Notes under the pieces: model-generated
What the model saw: only the letters and a program-made list of their open reading frames with translations
Database searches by the model: none
What the model was told of the DNA's origin: nothing
Part shown: piece after piece, positions 33,691 to 42,037 of the stretch
Layout of the letters: each line of letters opens with the position of its first letter
Position numbering within the stretch: position 1 is the stretch's first letter
Made by a program: the position numbers and the translations under genes
Assembly: GCA_905234735.1 (NCBI GenBank)
Contig: CAJOJA010000004.1
Coordinates: forward strand, 105,022-169,021
Reading direction: 5' to 3'
Source of the DNA: an uncultured Bacteroidaceae bacterium
GTDB lineage: Bacteria; Bacteroidota; Bacteroidia; Bacteroidales; Bacteroidaceae
DNA: 64,000 nucleotides

Positions 33691-35853
33691 TTATTCAGCG
33701 TAGGTGATGGTGATGCTTTGGATGCGGATGTGTCCACCATTGCCTGTGTAGGAAGCTACAACCTCTGTGGCGCTTCCGCTCCAGGTTTGTGCCTCATAGT
33801 CGAATGTGCCAGGAGTGAAGCTGGTGTTGCTGCTGGTTGCGTAGAATGGACGGTTATTCTGGTCTTCGCCTTTGTCAAACGTAAATGCAACCTTGCTAAT
33901 GGTCTTGCTGGAACTGATGGTCAGCGTATTGCCACCATACAAGCGCATACCCGTTCCTGTGTTATAGTACTTAGGAGTAGTGCTGCCACTTCCTTTCGAG
34001 AAGGTGAGTGTGGCATCGCCTACGGTAATGCTCTTGTCGTTGAAGTCCTGAGCATTCTCGTAGCCCTGAGCCGAGAAGGTGATGCTGTTGCCGGAAACTT
34101 CGGGCGTATCACCGCCATCGCCGCCATTACCGCCGTCACCGTCCTCAAGGATTTCTACGGTAGCATTCTTTATTTCGGGCGTTACCTTACCATCCTTGAC
34201 GTACTTCGTAAGTTTACCGGTAATCTTCACCTTTGCGCCAGCCTTAAATTCGCTGATGCCCTCGGGCACGTTGGCATAGTAGGCTTCGAATACCTTGCCG
34301 CCATCCTTGGTGTCGGCCATCCAGAAGGTCTGCTGAGGTGTACCCGTCTTAGTGCTTACGCTGCCCACAACCTCTGTGATATAACCCGTAACGCTGTACA
34401 CCTCTTCGGAGGTGCTGCCGTCGGTCAGTGCGTTGGTCAGTTCAACGGCTTTGGCGCAGGTGATTTCTGTGCCCGTAGGCTGTGGGTCGGGGGTATCGCC
34501 GCCGTCATCAAGTATTTCTACGGTAGGATTCTTGATTTCGGGCGTTACCTTACCATCCTTGACGTACTTCGTAAGTTTACCGGTAATCTTCACCTTTGCG
34601 CCAGCCTTAAATTCGCTGATGCCCGAGGGCACGTTGGCATAGTAGGCTTCGAATACCTTGCCGCCATCCTTGGTGTCGGCCATCCAGAAGGTCTGCTGAG
34701 GCGTACCCGTCTTAGTGCTTACGCTGCCCACAACCTCTGTGATATAACCCGTAATGCTGTACACCTCTTCGGAGGTGCCGCCGTCGGTCAGTGCATTGGT
34801 CAGTTCAACGGCTTTGGCGCAGGTGATTTCTGTGCCCGTAGGCTGTGGGTCGGGAGTGTCACCACCTGCCTCCAGAATTTCAACTTCGGCATTCTTTATT
34901 TCTGCTGTAACCTTACCGTCCTTGACGTACTTCGTAAGCTTACCGGTAATCTTCACCTTTGCGCCAGCCTTAAATTCGCTAACACCCTCGGGCAAGTTAG
35001 CATAGTATGCCTCGAATACCTTGCCGCCATCCTTGCTGTCGGCCATCCAGAAGGTCTGCTGGTTATTGCTTACACTACCCACTACTTGCGTGATGTAACC
35101 CGTAACACTGTAAACTTCTGTTGACGTAGCACCATCAGCCAGAGCGTTGGTCAGCGTTACAGCCTCAGCGCAGGTAACTTCAGTACCAGCGGGTGTAGGT
35201 GTATCACCGCCATTCTCTGCGGGAGTACCCGCTACCACCTTCAGATCCTTAACCTCGAAAGTCGCGGACTTGGTGTCGTTGGGTGTGGTGAAATAGAAGG
35301 CGATGTTCACGTTCTCCTTGTTCAGGAACTCAGCAGGCAGGGCTACCGTAGTGGTTGCCAGTTCCCAGTTCGTGGATGTATGGGTAGCCTTCCAGTCGAG
35401 CTGTGTCCACTTCTCTGCTACGAATCCCTCAGCAGGGTCGTATTGCGAAGAGGCATAGAGCTTGATGTGGTCAGCGAATTGAGCATCGTTGTTGGCGTAG
35501 GCCACACAGTACTGGAAACTGATGTAAGCATCGGTGCTGTCCGTAACGGTACCGAAAGCTGGGGAGATGAGATAACCATCAGCCATGCGGTTGCTCTTGG
35601 CATCGGCACCATCCCACTTCTGGTAACCAGTGGCCTGCGTGTAGCTGCCTCCCTGGCTCCAAGGATCGTTACCAGAGGCTGCTGCCAGCGTTGTGAAGTC
35701 GGAGCAACTGGTGCTGGAATAGAAGGTTGATGTTGTTGGAGTGTTGTTACCACCACCATTTGGAATGGGATAGGGTGCAGGCACGTCCTCGCAGCTCGAC
35801 AGGGCGAATACGCCTGCGAGTGCGAACATAAGTGATTTCCAAAACTTTTTCAT
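33691..35853 (-). CDS. surface lipoprotein: choice-of-anchor-J-like N-domain, 3 x ~120-aa OB-fold-like repeats, and a C-terminal beta-rich domain
   Basis: Lipobox FALSSC. N-domain ...YLISPAF...ISFQY...KLYASSQYD...WTQL. The repeats are TE(I/V)TCA.AV.LTNAL.DG.TS.EVYS.TGYIT.VVGSV...QTFWMAD.KDGGKVFEAYYAN.P.G.SEFKAGAKVKITGKLTKYVKDGKVT.EIKN. Confidence 0.6.
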   Translation of the reverse strand: MKKFWKSLMFALAGVFALSSCEDVPAPYPIPNGGGNNTPTTSTFYSSTSCSDFTTLAAASGNDPWSQGGSYTQATGYQKWDGADAKSNRMADGYLISPAFGTVTDSTDAYISFQYCVAYANNDAQFADHIKLYASSQYDPAEGFVAEKWTQLDWKATHTSTNWELATTTVALPAEFLNKENVNIAFYFTTPNDTKSATFEVKDLKVVAGTPAENGGDTPTPAGTEVTCAEAVTLTNALADGATSTEVYSVTGYITQVVGSVSNNQQTFWMADSKDGGKVFEAYYANLPEGVSEFKAGAKVKITGKLTKYVKDGKVTAEIKNAEVEILEAGGDTPDPQPTGTEITCAKAVELTNALTDGGTSEEVYSITGYITEVVGSVSTKTGTPQQTFWMADTKDGGKVFEAYYANVPSGISEFKAGAKVKITGKLTKYVKDGKVTPEIKNPTVEILDDGGDTPDPQPTGTEITCAKAVELTNALTDGSTSEEVYSVTGYITEVVGSVSTKTGTPQQTFWMADTKDGGKVFEAYYANVPEGISEFKAGAKVKITGKLTKYVKDGKVTPEIKNATVEILEDGDGGNGGDGGDTPEVSGNSITFSAQGYENAQDFNDKSITVGDATLTFSKGSGSTTPKYYNTGTGMRLYGGNTLTISSSKTISKVAFTFDKGEDQNNRPFYATSSNTSFTPGTFDYEAQTWSGSATEVVASYTGNGGHIRIQSITITYAE
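34108..35208. repeat. coding tandem repeat, 3 units (about 354, 363 and 363 bp)
   Basis: Units lie at about 34834-35187, 34471-34833 and 34108-34470. The anchor gggcgttacc recurs at 34177 and 34540 (363-bp period). The two distal units are near-identical. Confidence 0.9.
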
Positions 35854-35875
35854 AGTTGTATTATGTTTTTATTTA

Positions 35876-35912
35876 CTTTCTCATTTTCTCATTCTCTCAA
35901 TTTCTCATTCTC
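35876..35912. repeat. F1 micro-repeat between the two lipoprotein genes
   Basis: ctttctcattttctcattctctcaatttctcattctcc. It contains the stop of the 282-aa gene. Confidence 0.8.
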
Positions 35913-36753
35913 CAATCACTTCGATGTCCTTGAAGTCGCGGATAAGGAGTTCCCACTTGGGACTGTATTTGGTATTGGTCTGATATACCTTCCAGATGCC
36001 TGTAATGTTCATCTTGCCTGTTGGGATGGGGGTGTTGGCAAAGTCAGCGTATGTGCTGGTGTAGAGCATGATGTCGCTGCTCATGTCCACGAAGTACTTC
36101 TGCACGTTGGTGTATGTGCCAGCATCGGCTTGCGAGGCCCACGTCACCTTGCCGTCAGCTCCCTGTACACTGACGTTACGGATGGTCATCAGCTTGCCAG
36201 CATCCTCCATGGTGGGGTTTGCGGGGAAGTCGATGGGAACCACCTTCGAGGGGTCGGCCTTGCCCACGAGTTTCACGTGCTCTCTCCAGATGCTGTGGTT
36301 CATGCGGCTGGGGAAGGTGTTACCGGCTGCGTTGGTGTAGGGCGTGCCCAGCTGGGGCTGTGCACCGTAGCATCCGAAGTAGAGGCCCTTGAGGTTGATG
36401 AGCAGTTCCTGTCCGACAGGCATCCTGGCATAGAGGTCGCTGGCTGCGATGCAGACGATGAGTGCGTTGCCTTGCTCGTCCTGTACGGCTATGCTATTGT
36501 AGATATTACCCTGCACGTCGTTGCCCGTGACGCGGACACGCAGTTGTACGTCGTCGGTTATCTCCACGCAGCTGAAGGTGTTATTGTATTTGGGGTACAT
36601 GGCCTTGAGCTGTGCGATAGTGATGACGTTGGTCTCGGTCAGGCTATTGTTGCCGTAGGGAACCCCTTCGGAGAAGTCGGGGGCCGCCCAGTCACCGTCC
36701 TGACAGGCGGCACTGAGCACACAGAGCAGACAGAGTCCAAAGAGATATTTCAT
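35905..36753 (-). CDS. lipoprotein with DUF5689 / YhcR-type OB-fold-like domain
   Basis: MKYLFGLCLLCVLSAAC lipobox (ATG 36753). TIAQLKAMY...VRVTGNDVQGNIYNSIAVQDEQGNALIV...PVGQELLINLKGLYFGCYGAQPQLG. Confidence 0.55.
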   Translation of the reverse strand: MKYLFGLCLLCVLSAACQDGDWAAPDFSEGVPYGNNSLTETNVITIAQLKAMYPKYNNTFSCVEITDDVQLRVRVTGNDVQGNIYNSIAVQDEQGNALIVCIAASDLYARMPVGQELLINLKGLYFGCYGAQPQLGTPYTNAAGNTFPSRMNHSIWREHVKLVGKADPSKVVPIDFPANPTMEDAGKLMTIRNVSVQGADGKVTWASQADAGTYTNVQKYFVDMSSDIMLYTSTYADFANTPIPTGKMNITGIWKVYQTNTKYSPKWELLIRDFKDIEVIGE

Positions 36754-36770
36754 ATAGTTTCTCATAGTTG

Positions 36771-36810
36771 TATCAATTATCATTTATCAATTGTCCATTA
36801 TCCATTGTTC
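36771..36810. repeat. F2 micro-repeat between the barrel gene stop and the lipoprotein start
   Basis: tatcaattatcatttatcaattgtccattatccattgttc. Confidence 0.8.
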
Positions 36811-36811
36811 T

Positions 36812-39496
36812 TTAGAACTTATAGTTGAGGTTGAGCATGAAGTTGATGCCCTGTGCGTAGAACTTCTTGGGATTCTTCTGGAAGTTATAGGTACGGTTCT
36901 GCTCTGCGCCCTCCACTGTGGTGTAGTTGGTAGAGCGGCTCTGCTCGTAACCACCGGTGCACAGTTTGCGGTTGTTGGTGATGTTGGTCACCATGAGGTT
37001 TATGTTCAGGGGATGGCGGCCGCGGATGCGGAAGGTGTGGCCGATGGAGCCGTCGAGCATGAATCCGCCCTTGCCCTTGGATTGTGCAAAGTAGTCGCGA
37101 CCGGCACTCGTCAGCATGGCCTCGCCTTCAGCGTTGTAGCCACCCAACTGATAGTTTTCGTTCAGCTCTCCGGCACCCGTCTGCTTCAGTACATAGTCGG
37201 CTACGCCCGAATGGTATTCGTTGGAGTTGGGGTCACCCATGACGGAGTAGCGCATGTTGGGTGAGTAGGAAAGGTAGATGCGGTCGTAGTAGTTGGCGTT
37301 CAGATTGAAGTACCATCCCTTGATGCTGTACTTCAGGCCTAGGCTGATGGCTGCCAGCGGGGTACCGCTCTCGCGCATGTCTTTGTTCAGACAGAGTGCC
37401 GAGCGCTCAATACCTTCGTTGGAAAGCATGTAAACGGCTCGGGTGTCCTTGGCATACTTAGCTTCGGCAAACGAACCCAGGAGGTTGATGTTGAAGTTGC
37501 TGGTGACCTTGAACTTCATGCCCAGTTCTACGCCGTAGTAGTCCTTCTCGACGCCGAACAGGCTGTTGTAGGTGAAGGAGTTCTCGTTGTCGTTGTAGAA
37601 CTGTTGCCACTCGGTGCCGTCGTACGAGTGAGTGTAGTAGGCCGTCAGGTTCATCTGCAGCCACTTGCAGTTCAGGGCATAGCCCAGTTCGCTGGAGAAT
37701 ATCTTCTCGTTTACCAGGTTGCCGACGAAGTTGTTGTTCATTTCGGGGCTGACGAAGGCAACGTTGGCCTGCGGGGCACGTGTCTCGTAGCCGATACCCA
37801 GGGAGATGGCATTGCCACGACCCAGATTCAGGTTGGTGCCCATCTTGAAGCCGCCGTCCAGGAAACGGGCCTTACCGCTCTTGCCGTATGAAAGCTTTAC
37901 CTCCTGACCGTTGGCATCCAGGTAGTTGGCAAAGATACCATTGTTCATCTTGCCGTCGCGCCACATCTGCGAACCGCCTACCTTTGCAGAGATGAAGTTG
38001 TGGCTGATGCCTTTATCCTTAGTCCATGTGGCCCACAACTTGGCGTTCTGTACCATCAGGTTGTAGTCGTAACGGAAACGGTCGCCCACCCGGACGAGTC
38101 CGTCCTTGTTGTTCAGGTCATAGTAGATTTGGTCGGCACCGTCGGCATACGAGCCTTCGGCGTAGGTATTGCGGTTGTGGAAGTATTCGGAGCCCAACAG
38201 GTCGTCCATCGTCTCGTAGTGCATGCCCTTGTTCGTGCCCAACTGTATGCCGCTCTGGAACTTCGAGTCCTTCGATACGTTCCAGTCTAAGGTGGAACTG
38301 AGGGCAAAGTTCAGGTGGTCGTTGTGGCGACGCTCGATGTAGTAGATGGCATCGTGGCCTGTGGCGTTAAGCTGCTGATTGGCGAAATAGAGCATGTCGA
38401 AGTCTATCTGGCGATAGGCCGTCGTACCCGTCCACGAGTTGTAGGCATTCTGCCAGGCCGTCATCTCATCGGCTGTAGGAGGCGTGTCGCCCCATACATT
38501 ATAATTATAAGAGGGGAATCGCTTCCAATAGTCGGGGTGGGGATTTGTGCCCGAGTAGTTGAGCTTGCTGGAGCTGTACATCGCATACTTTCCGATGAGG
38601 CTGGTGGTCAGCTTCATGCGTTCGTTGATTTTGTAGTCCCATGTCAGCAGTGCCGTGGGCTCGTAGTTGTTCACCACGCGACTGGCACGCTTCTTGCCGC
38701 CCTGATAGCCCCAGTAGGGATTGTACTGGTAGTCGTTAGCCAGCCAGTAGGCCTCATCGGTGGAGGCACCCTGCTGGGCACGCTCCGTGGGGTTGCCCCA
38801 TGTGGCCAGGTTCAGCGAGTGGCGGTCGCCCCACATCTTCTGTATGCTGAGGAAGTAGGAGAGTGAGTTGTAGAACGTTCCCTCTACGGCTGCCGTCTGC
38901 AAACTGGCCCAACGGTAGCCGACGGTGCCGGCGACGGCCCATCCGCGTTTCGTCACGCCGCTGCCGAAGGTGTACATGGCGCGCATGGTGTAGTTGCGGT
39001 TGGCACCGCTGAGCGTCACCTTATGTCCTGAGGGCAGGGATGAGGCACGGAAGTTGTAGTTCGACGAACCGCCGATGTTGGCCATCGAGAATGCATTCGA
39101 CTCGAAGACACCCGAAGCATCGATGTTGCGCGTGGCATCGTTCATGCCGCCGATGGTGCTGTAGTTGAACTGTCCGTTCTCGGCATTGTTCACCTGGACA
39201 CCATTGAAGTAGATGTCATTGTAGCGCGAGTTGTAGGCGCGGTACTTGTAGCGGGCGGGGCTGAACAGGTAGCCCACGTTGCTGGTGTAGACGTTGTTGC
39301 TGGAGTTCACCATGATGACGTTCTGAGTGACGTCGTCGTTCTCGCCCAGCTGCGACTCGGTGAAGACGAATGCCGCGTTGTCCTGTCGCAGCGAGACATC
39401 GTCGGTGGTGCCCGTGTCGTTCGTTTCCTTGTTCTGGGCGTAGCCAAGTGACGCAATTCCAAGGAATAGGGTCACAAACGTTAGCTTCTTTGTCAT
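36812..39496 (-). CDS. TonB-dependent-receptor-type outer-membrane beta-barrel (not SusC-like)
   Basis: 894 aa. Signal peptide, plug-like YRAYNSRYNDIYFNGVQVNNAENGQFNYSTIGGMND region, long alternating beta-strand body, C-terminal ...INFMLNLNYKF aromatic terminus. Confidence 0.7.
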   Translation of the reverse strand: MTKKLTFVTLFLGIASLGYAQNKETNDTGTTDDVSLRQDNAAFVFTESQLGENDDVTQNVIMVNSSNNVYTSNVGYLFSPARYKYRAYNSRYNDIYFNGVQVNNAENGQFNYSTIGGMNDATRNIDASGVFESNAFSMANIGGSSNYNFRASSLPSGHKVTLSGANRNYTMRAMYTFGSGVTKRGWAVAGTVGYRWASLQTAAVEGTFYNSLSYFLSIQKMWGDRHSLNLATWGNPTERAQQGASTDEAYWLANDYQYNPYWGYQGGKKRASRVVNNYEPTALLTWDYKINERMKLTTSLIGKYAMYSSSKLNYSGTNPHPDYWKRFPSYNYNVWGDTPPTADEMTAWQNAYNSWTGTTAYRQIDFDMLYFANQQLNATGHDAIYYIERRHNDHLNFALSSTLDWNVSKDSKFQSGIQLGTNKGMHYETMDDLLGSEYFHNRNTYAEGSYADGADQIYYDLNNKDGLVRVGDRFRYDYNLMVQNAKLWATWTKDKGISHNFISAKVGGSQMWRDGKMNNGIFANYLDANGQEVKLSYGKSGKARFLDGGFKMGTNLNLGRGNAISLGIGYETRAPQANVAFVSPEMNNNFVGNLVNEKIFSSELGYALNCKWLQMNLTAYYTHSYDGTEWQQFYNDNENSFTYNSLFGVEKDYYGVELGMKFKVTSNFNINLLGSFAEAKYAKDTRAVYMLSNEGIERSALCLNKDMRESGTPLAAISLGLKYSIKGWYFNLNANYYDRIYLSYSPNMRYSVMGDPNSNEYHSGVADYVLKQTGAGELNENYQLGGYNAEGEAMLTSAGRDYFAQSKGKGGFMLDGSIGHTFRIRGRHPLNINLMVTNITNNRKLCTGGYEQSRSTNYTTVEGAEQNRTYNFQKNPKKFYAQGINFMLNLNYKF

Positions 39497-39542
39497 AGGT
39501 TAATATATTTGTTTAATGTTCGTTCTTAAGGCTCTACGGCTA

Positions 39543-39550
39543 CAAAGTTA
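39543..39550 (-). promoter_or_regulatory. candidate -7 box TAACTTTG upstream of the barrel-lipoprotein operon
   Basis: The reverse complement of caaagtta. 47 nt before ATG 39496. Confidence 0.45.
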
Positions 39551-39667
39551 AGAAAAAAACCGCCATTCGCCCCATGTTTCTGCATTTTTTGAAAAAAAAA
39601 GTTAATGTGGCAACAAAAATGTTTCGCTTTTTTTCGGCATATCTGTCTTGGGTATCATTTTTTTTTG

Positions 39668-39675
39668 TATCTTTG
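39668..39675 (+). promoter_or_regulatory. candidate -7 box TATCTTTG upstream of the EEP nuclease gene
   Basis: Matches TAnnTTTG. 30 nt before ATG 39705. Divergent from the barrel promoter. Confidence 0.45.
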
Positions 39676-39704
39676 TCGACGAATAATACATAAAGTATAT
39701 AGAT

Positions 39705-40751
39705 ATGTGTATGCGTAAGAACATGTTTTCCTTGTTGCTGGTCTTTCTGACCACAACAGCGTGCACTGCACAAAAGAAGTACGGGCTCTACCCCGTGGCC
39801 TTCTACAATCTTGAGAATATCTTTGACACCCAACACGATGAGGGCAAGAACGACTATGAATTCCTGCCTACGGGTTCGTATCATTGGGACGAGAACAAGT
39901 ACACCAACAAGTTGCAGAACATGTCTCGCGCCCTGGCCGACATCGGCACCGACAAGGTGCCTGCCGGAGCGGCCGTCATCGGTGTCAGCGAGGTGGAGAA
40001 CGCACATGTCCTGGACGATCTGACGGCTCAGCCCGCACTGAAGAATCGCGGCATACGCTACATCCACATCGAGGGACCCGACAAGCGTGGCGTGGACTGC
40101 GCCCTGTTATACAATCCCCGTATGTTTACGCCCAAGAAATGGTTCCTGCAGCCCTATGTCTACGAGAACGGTGACACCACACGTGCTACTCGTGGTTTCC
40201 TGACCGTACAGGGCGAGATGGCCGGCGAACCGCTCACTGTCATCGTTTGCCACTGGCCCAGCCGCGGTGCCACTGGCTACTTCCGTGACATTGCCGGCAA
40301 GCAGGTGCGCCACCTGACGGACAGCATCCTCGTGGCCGACAGCAACCAGCGCATCATTGTCATGGGCGACATGAACGACGACCCCGACAACGACTCTATG
40401 GCCAAGTTTCTTGGAGCTAAACGCAAGATGAAGGAGGTGGGCAAGTCTGACTTCTTCAACCCCTGGTGGGAGGTGCTGAGAGGTCAGGGACAAGGCACAC
40501 TGACCTATCAGGGCGGATGGAACCTGTTCGACCAAATCGTCTTCTCGCGCAGCCTGCTCGACGTGAAGGAGCGTAAGGAGTACAGCCACTTGACACTCTA
40601 TGCCTGGCACATCTTCCGTCGCGACTACCTCATCCAGCAGGAAGGTAAGTATAAGGGTTCGCCCAAGCGCACCACCGCCGGCGGTACGTGGCTCAACGGC
40701 TACAGCGATCACCTGCCCACGGTGTCGTATTTGATAAAAGAGATGAAATAA
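39705..40751 (+). CDS. endonuclease/exonuclease/phosphatase (EEP) family secreted nuclease-like protein
   Basis: Signal peptide/lipobox-like LVFLTTTAC. YPVAFYNLENIFD, ...GVSEVEN..., ...GDMNDDP..., SDHLPV. Confidence 0.7.
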   Translation: MCMRKNMFSLLLVFLTTTACTAQKKYGLYPVAFYNLENIFDTQHDEGKNDYEFLPTGSYHWDENKYTNKLQNMSRALADIGTDKVPAGAAVIGVSEVENAHVLDDLTAQPALKNRGIRYIHIEGPDKRGVDCALLYNPRMFTPKKWFLQPYVYENGDTTRATRGFLTVQGEMAGEPLTVIVCHWPSRGATGYFRDIAGKQVRHLTDSILVADSNQRIIVMGDMNDDPDNDSMAKFLGAKRKMKEVGKSDFFNPWWEVLRGQGQGTLTYQGGWNLFDQIVFSRSLLDVKERKEYSHLTLYAWHIFRRDYLIQQEGKYKGSPKRTTAGGTWLNGYSDHLPTVSYLIKEMK

Positions 40752-40792
40752 GTGAAAAATTGATACGCGAAGTCCCCTAAAGGCAGAACATA

Positions 40793-40826
40793 CATTTTTA
40801 ATTTTTAACTCTTAATTTAAATAAAC
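40793..40826. repeat. F3-like AT-rich micro-repeat 5' of fba
   Basis: catttttaatttttaactcttaatttaaataaac. A related agtgaaaaattga lies at 40752-40764. Confidence 0.55.
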
Positions 40827-40827
40827 T

Positions 40828-41826
40828 ATGGTAAGTTACAAAGAACTGGGACTGGTGAACACCCGTGAAATGTTCGCTAAAGCAGTTAAGGGCGGCTATG
40901 CAATCCCCGCCTTCAACTTCAACACGATGGAGCAGATGCAGGCCATCGTACAGGCAGCTGTGGAGACCAAGTCTCCCGTCATCATGCAGGTATCCAAGGG
41001 TGCCCGCAACTATGCCAACGGCACCATCCTGCGCTACATGGCTCAGGGTGCTGTAGAGTATGCCAAGGAACTGGGTTGCCCCAATCCTCAGATTGCCCTG
41101 CACCTCGACCACGGTGACAGTTTCGAAATCTGCAAGGAGTGCATCGACAATGGTTTCTCCAGCGTCATGTTCGACGGCTCTGCCCTCCCCTACGAGGAGA
41201 ACATCGCCATCACGAAGAAGGTGGTTGAGTACGCTCACCAGCACGACGTTACCGTAGAGGCTGAGCTCGGCGTACTGGCTGGCGTAGAGGATGAGGTAAG
41301 TTCTGCCGAGAGCCACTACACCCGTCCCGAGGAGGTTGAGGACTTCTCGAAGCGCTCTGGCTGCGACAGCCTGGCCATCTCCATCGGTACCAGCCACGGT
41401 GCCTACAAGTTCACTCCCGAACAGTGCACACGTGACCCGAAGACCGGCAAGCTCGTGCCTCCTCCATTGGCATTCGACATCCTGCACGAGATTGAGAAGC
41501 GCATCCCCGGCTTCCCCATCGTACTGCACGGCTCAAGCTCCGTTCCTCAGGACGAGGTTGACACCATCAATGCCTTCGGTGGCAAGTTGCCCGACGCTGT
41601 AGGTATTCCCGAAGAGCAGCTGCGCGAGGCTTCTAAGAGCGCCGTCTGCAAGATCAACATCGACTCCGACTCTCGCCTGGCCATGACCGCTGCCATCCGC
41701 AAGCACCTGGCCGAGAATCCCAGCCACTTCGATCCTCGTCAGTATCTGAAGCCCGCTCGCGAGAACATGAAGAAGATGTACATCCACAAGATTGTGAACG
41801 TACTCGGTTCTGACAACAAACTCTAA
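40828..41826 (+). CDS. fba: class II fructose-1,6-bisphosphate aldolase
   Basis: ...GYAIPAFNFNTMEQMQAIV...LHLDHG...GTSHGAYKF...LHGSSSVP. Confidence 0.9.
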   Translation: MVSYKELGLVNTREMFAKAVKGGYAIPAFNFNTMEQMQAIVQAAVETKSPVIMQVSKGARNYANGTILRYMAQGAVEYAKELGCPNPQIALHLDHGDSFEICKECIDNGFSSVMFDGSALPYEENIAITKKVVEYAHQHDVTVEAELGVLAGVEDEVSSAESHYTRPEEVEDFSKRSGCDSLAISIGTSHGAYKFTPEQCTRDPKTGKLVPPPLAFDILHEIEKRIPGFPIVLHGSSSVPQDEVDTINAFGGKLPDAVGIPEEQLREASKSAVCKINIDSDSRLAMTAAIRKHLAENPSHFDPRQYLKPARENMKKMYIHKIVNVLGSDNKL

Positions 41827-41850
41827 TCGGGAAACCGATAGATACAAAAA

Positions 41851-41886
41851 AAGGCGTGCCCCCAGCTGGGAGCACGCCTTTCTTTT
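41851..41886. terminator. terminator after fba (also lies 3' of tRNA-Thr on the other strand)
   Basis: aaggcgtgc-cccagctggg-gcacgcctt followed by tcttttg. Confidence 0.75.
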
Positions 41887-41889
41887 GCG

Positions 41890-41961
<72 letters not shown>

Positions 41962-41983
41962 ATCGTTTTTGATTTTTCGGGTG

Positions 41984-41991
41984 CAAAGATA
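41984..41991 (-). promoter_or_regulatory. candidate -7 box TATCTTTG upstream of tRNA-Thr
   Basis: The reverse complement of caaagata. 23 nt before the mature 5' end at 41961. Confidence 0.4.
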
Positions 41992-42032
41992 ATAAATAAT
42001 TGTCAATTACCAATTATCATTTGTCAATTATT
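41989..42032. repeat. F2 micro-repeat between tRNA-Thr and the DUF4831-like stop
   Basis: ataataaataattgtcaattaccaattatcatttgtcaattatt. Confidence 0.75.
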
Positions 42033-42037
42033 TTAAA

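Noticed and set aside
33649-35124. A 491-aa ORF on the + strand, antisense to the repeat-containing lipoprotein gene.
   Set aside because: It is a shadow of the in-frame tandem repeats on the opposite strand. It has repetitive low-complexity translation, no promoter box, no sensible start context and no recognisable family. The minus-strand gene has a lipobox, domains and operon context.
34108-35208. A possible CRISPR array or other non-coding repeat array.
   Set aside because: The period is 363 bp with no short repeat/spacer structure. The repeats are in frame within a 720-aa ORF. No cas genes are in the window.
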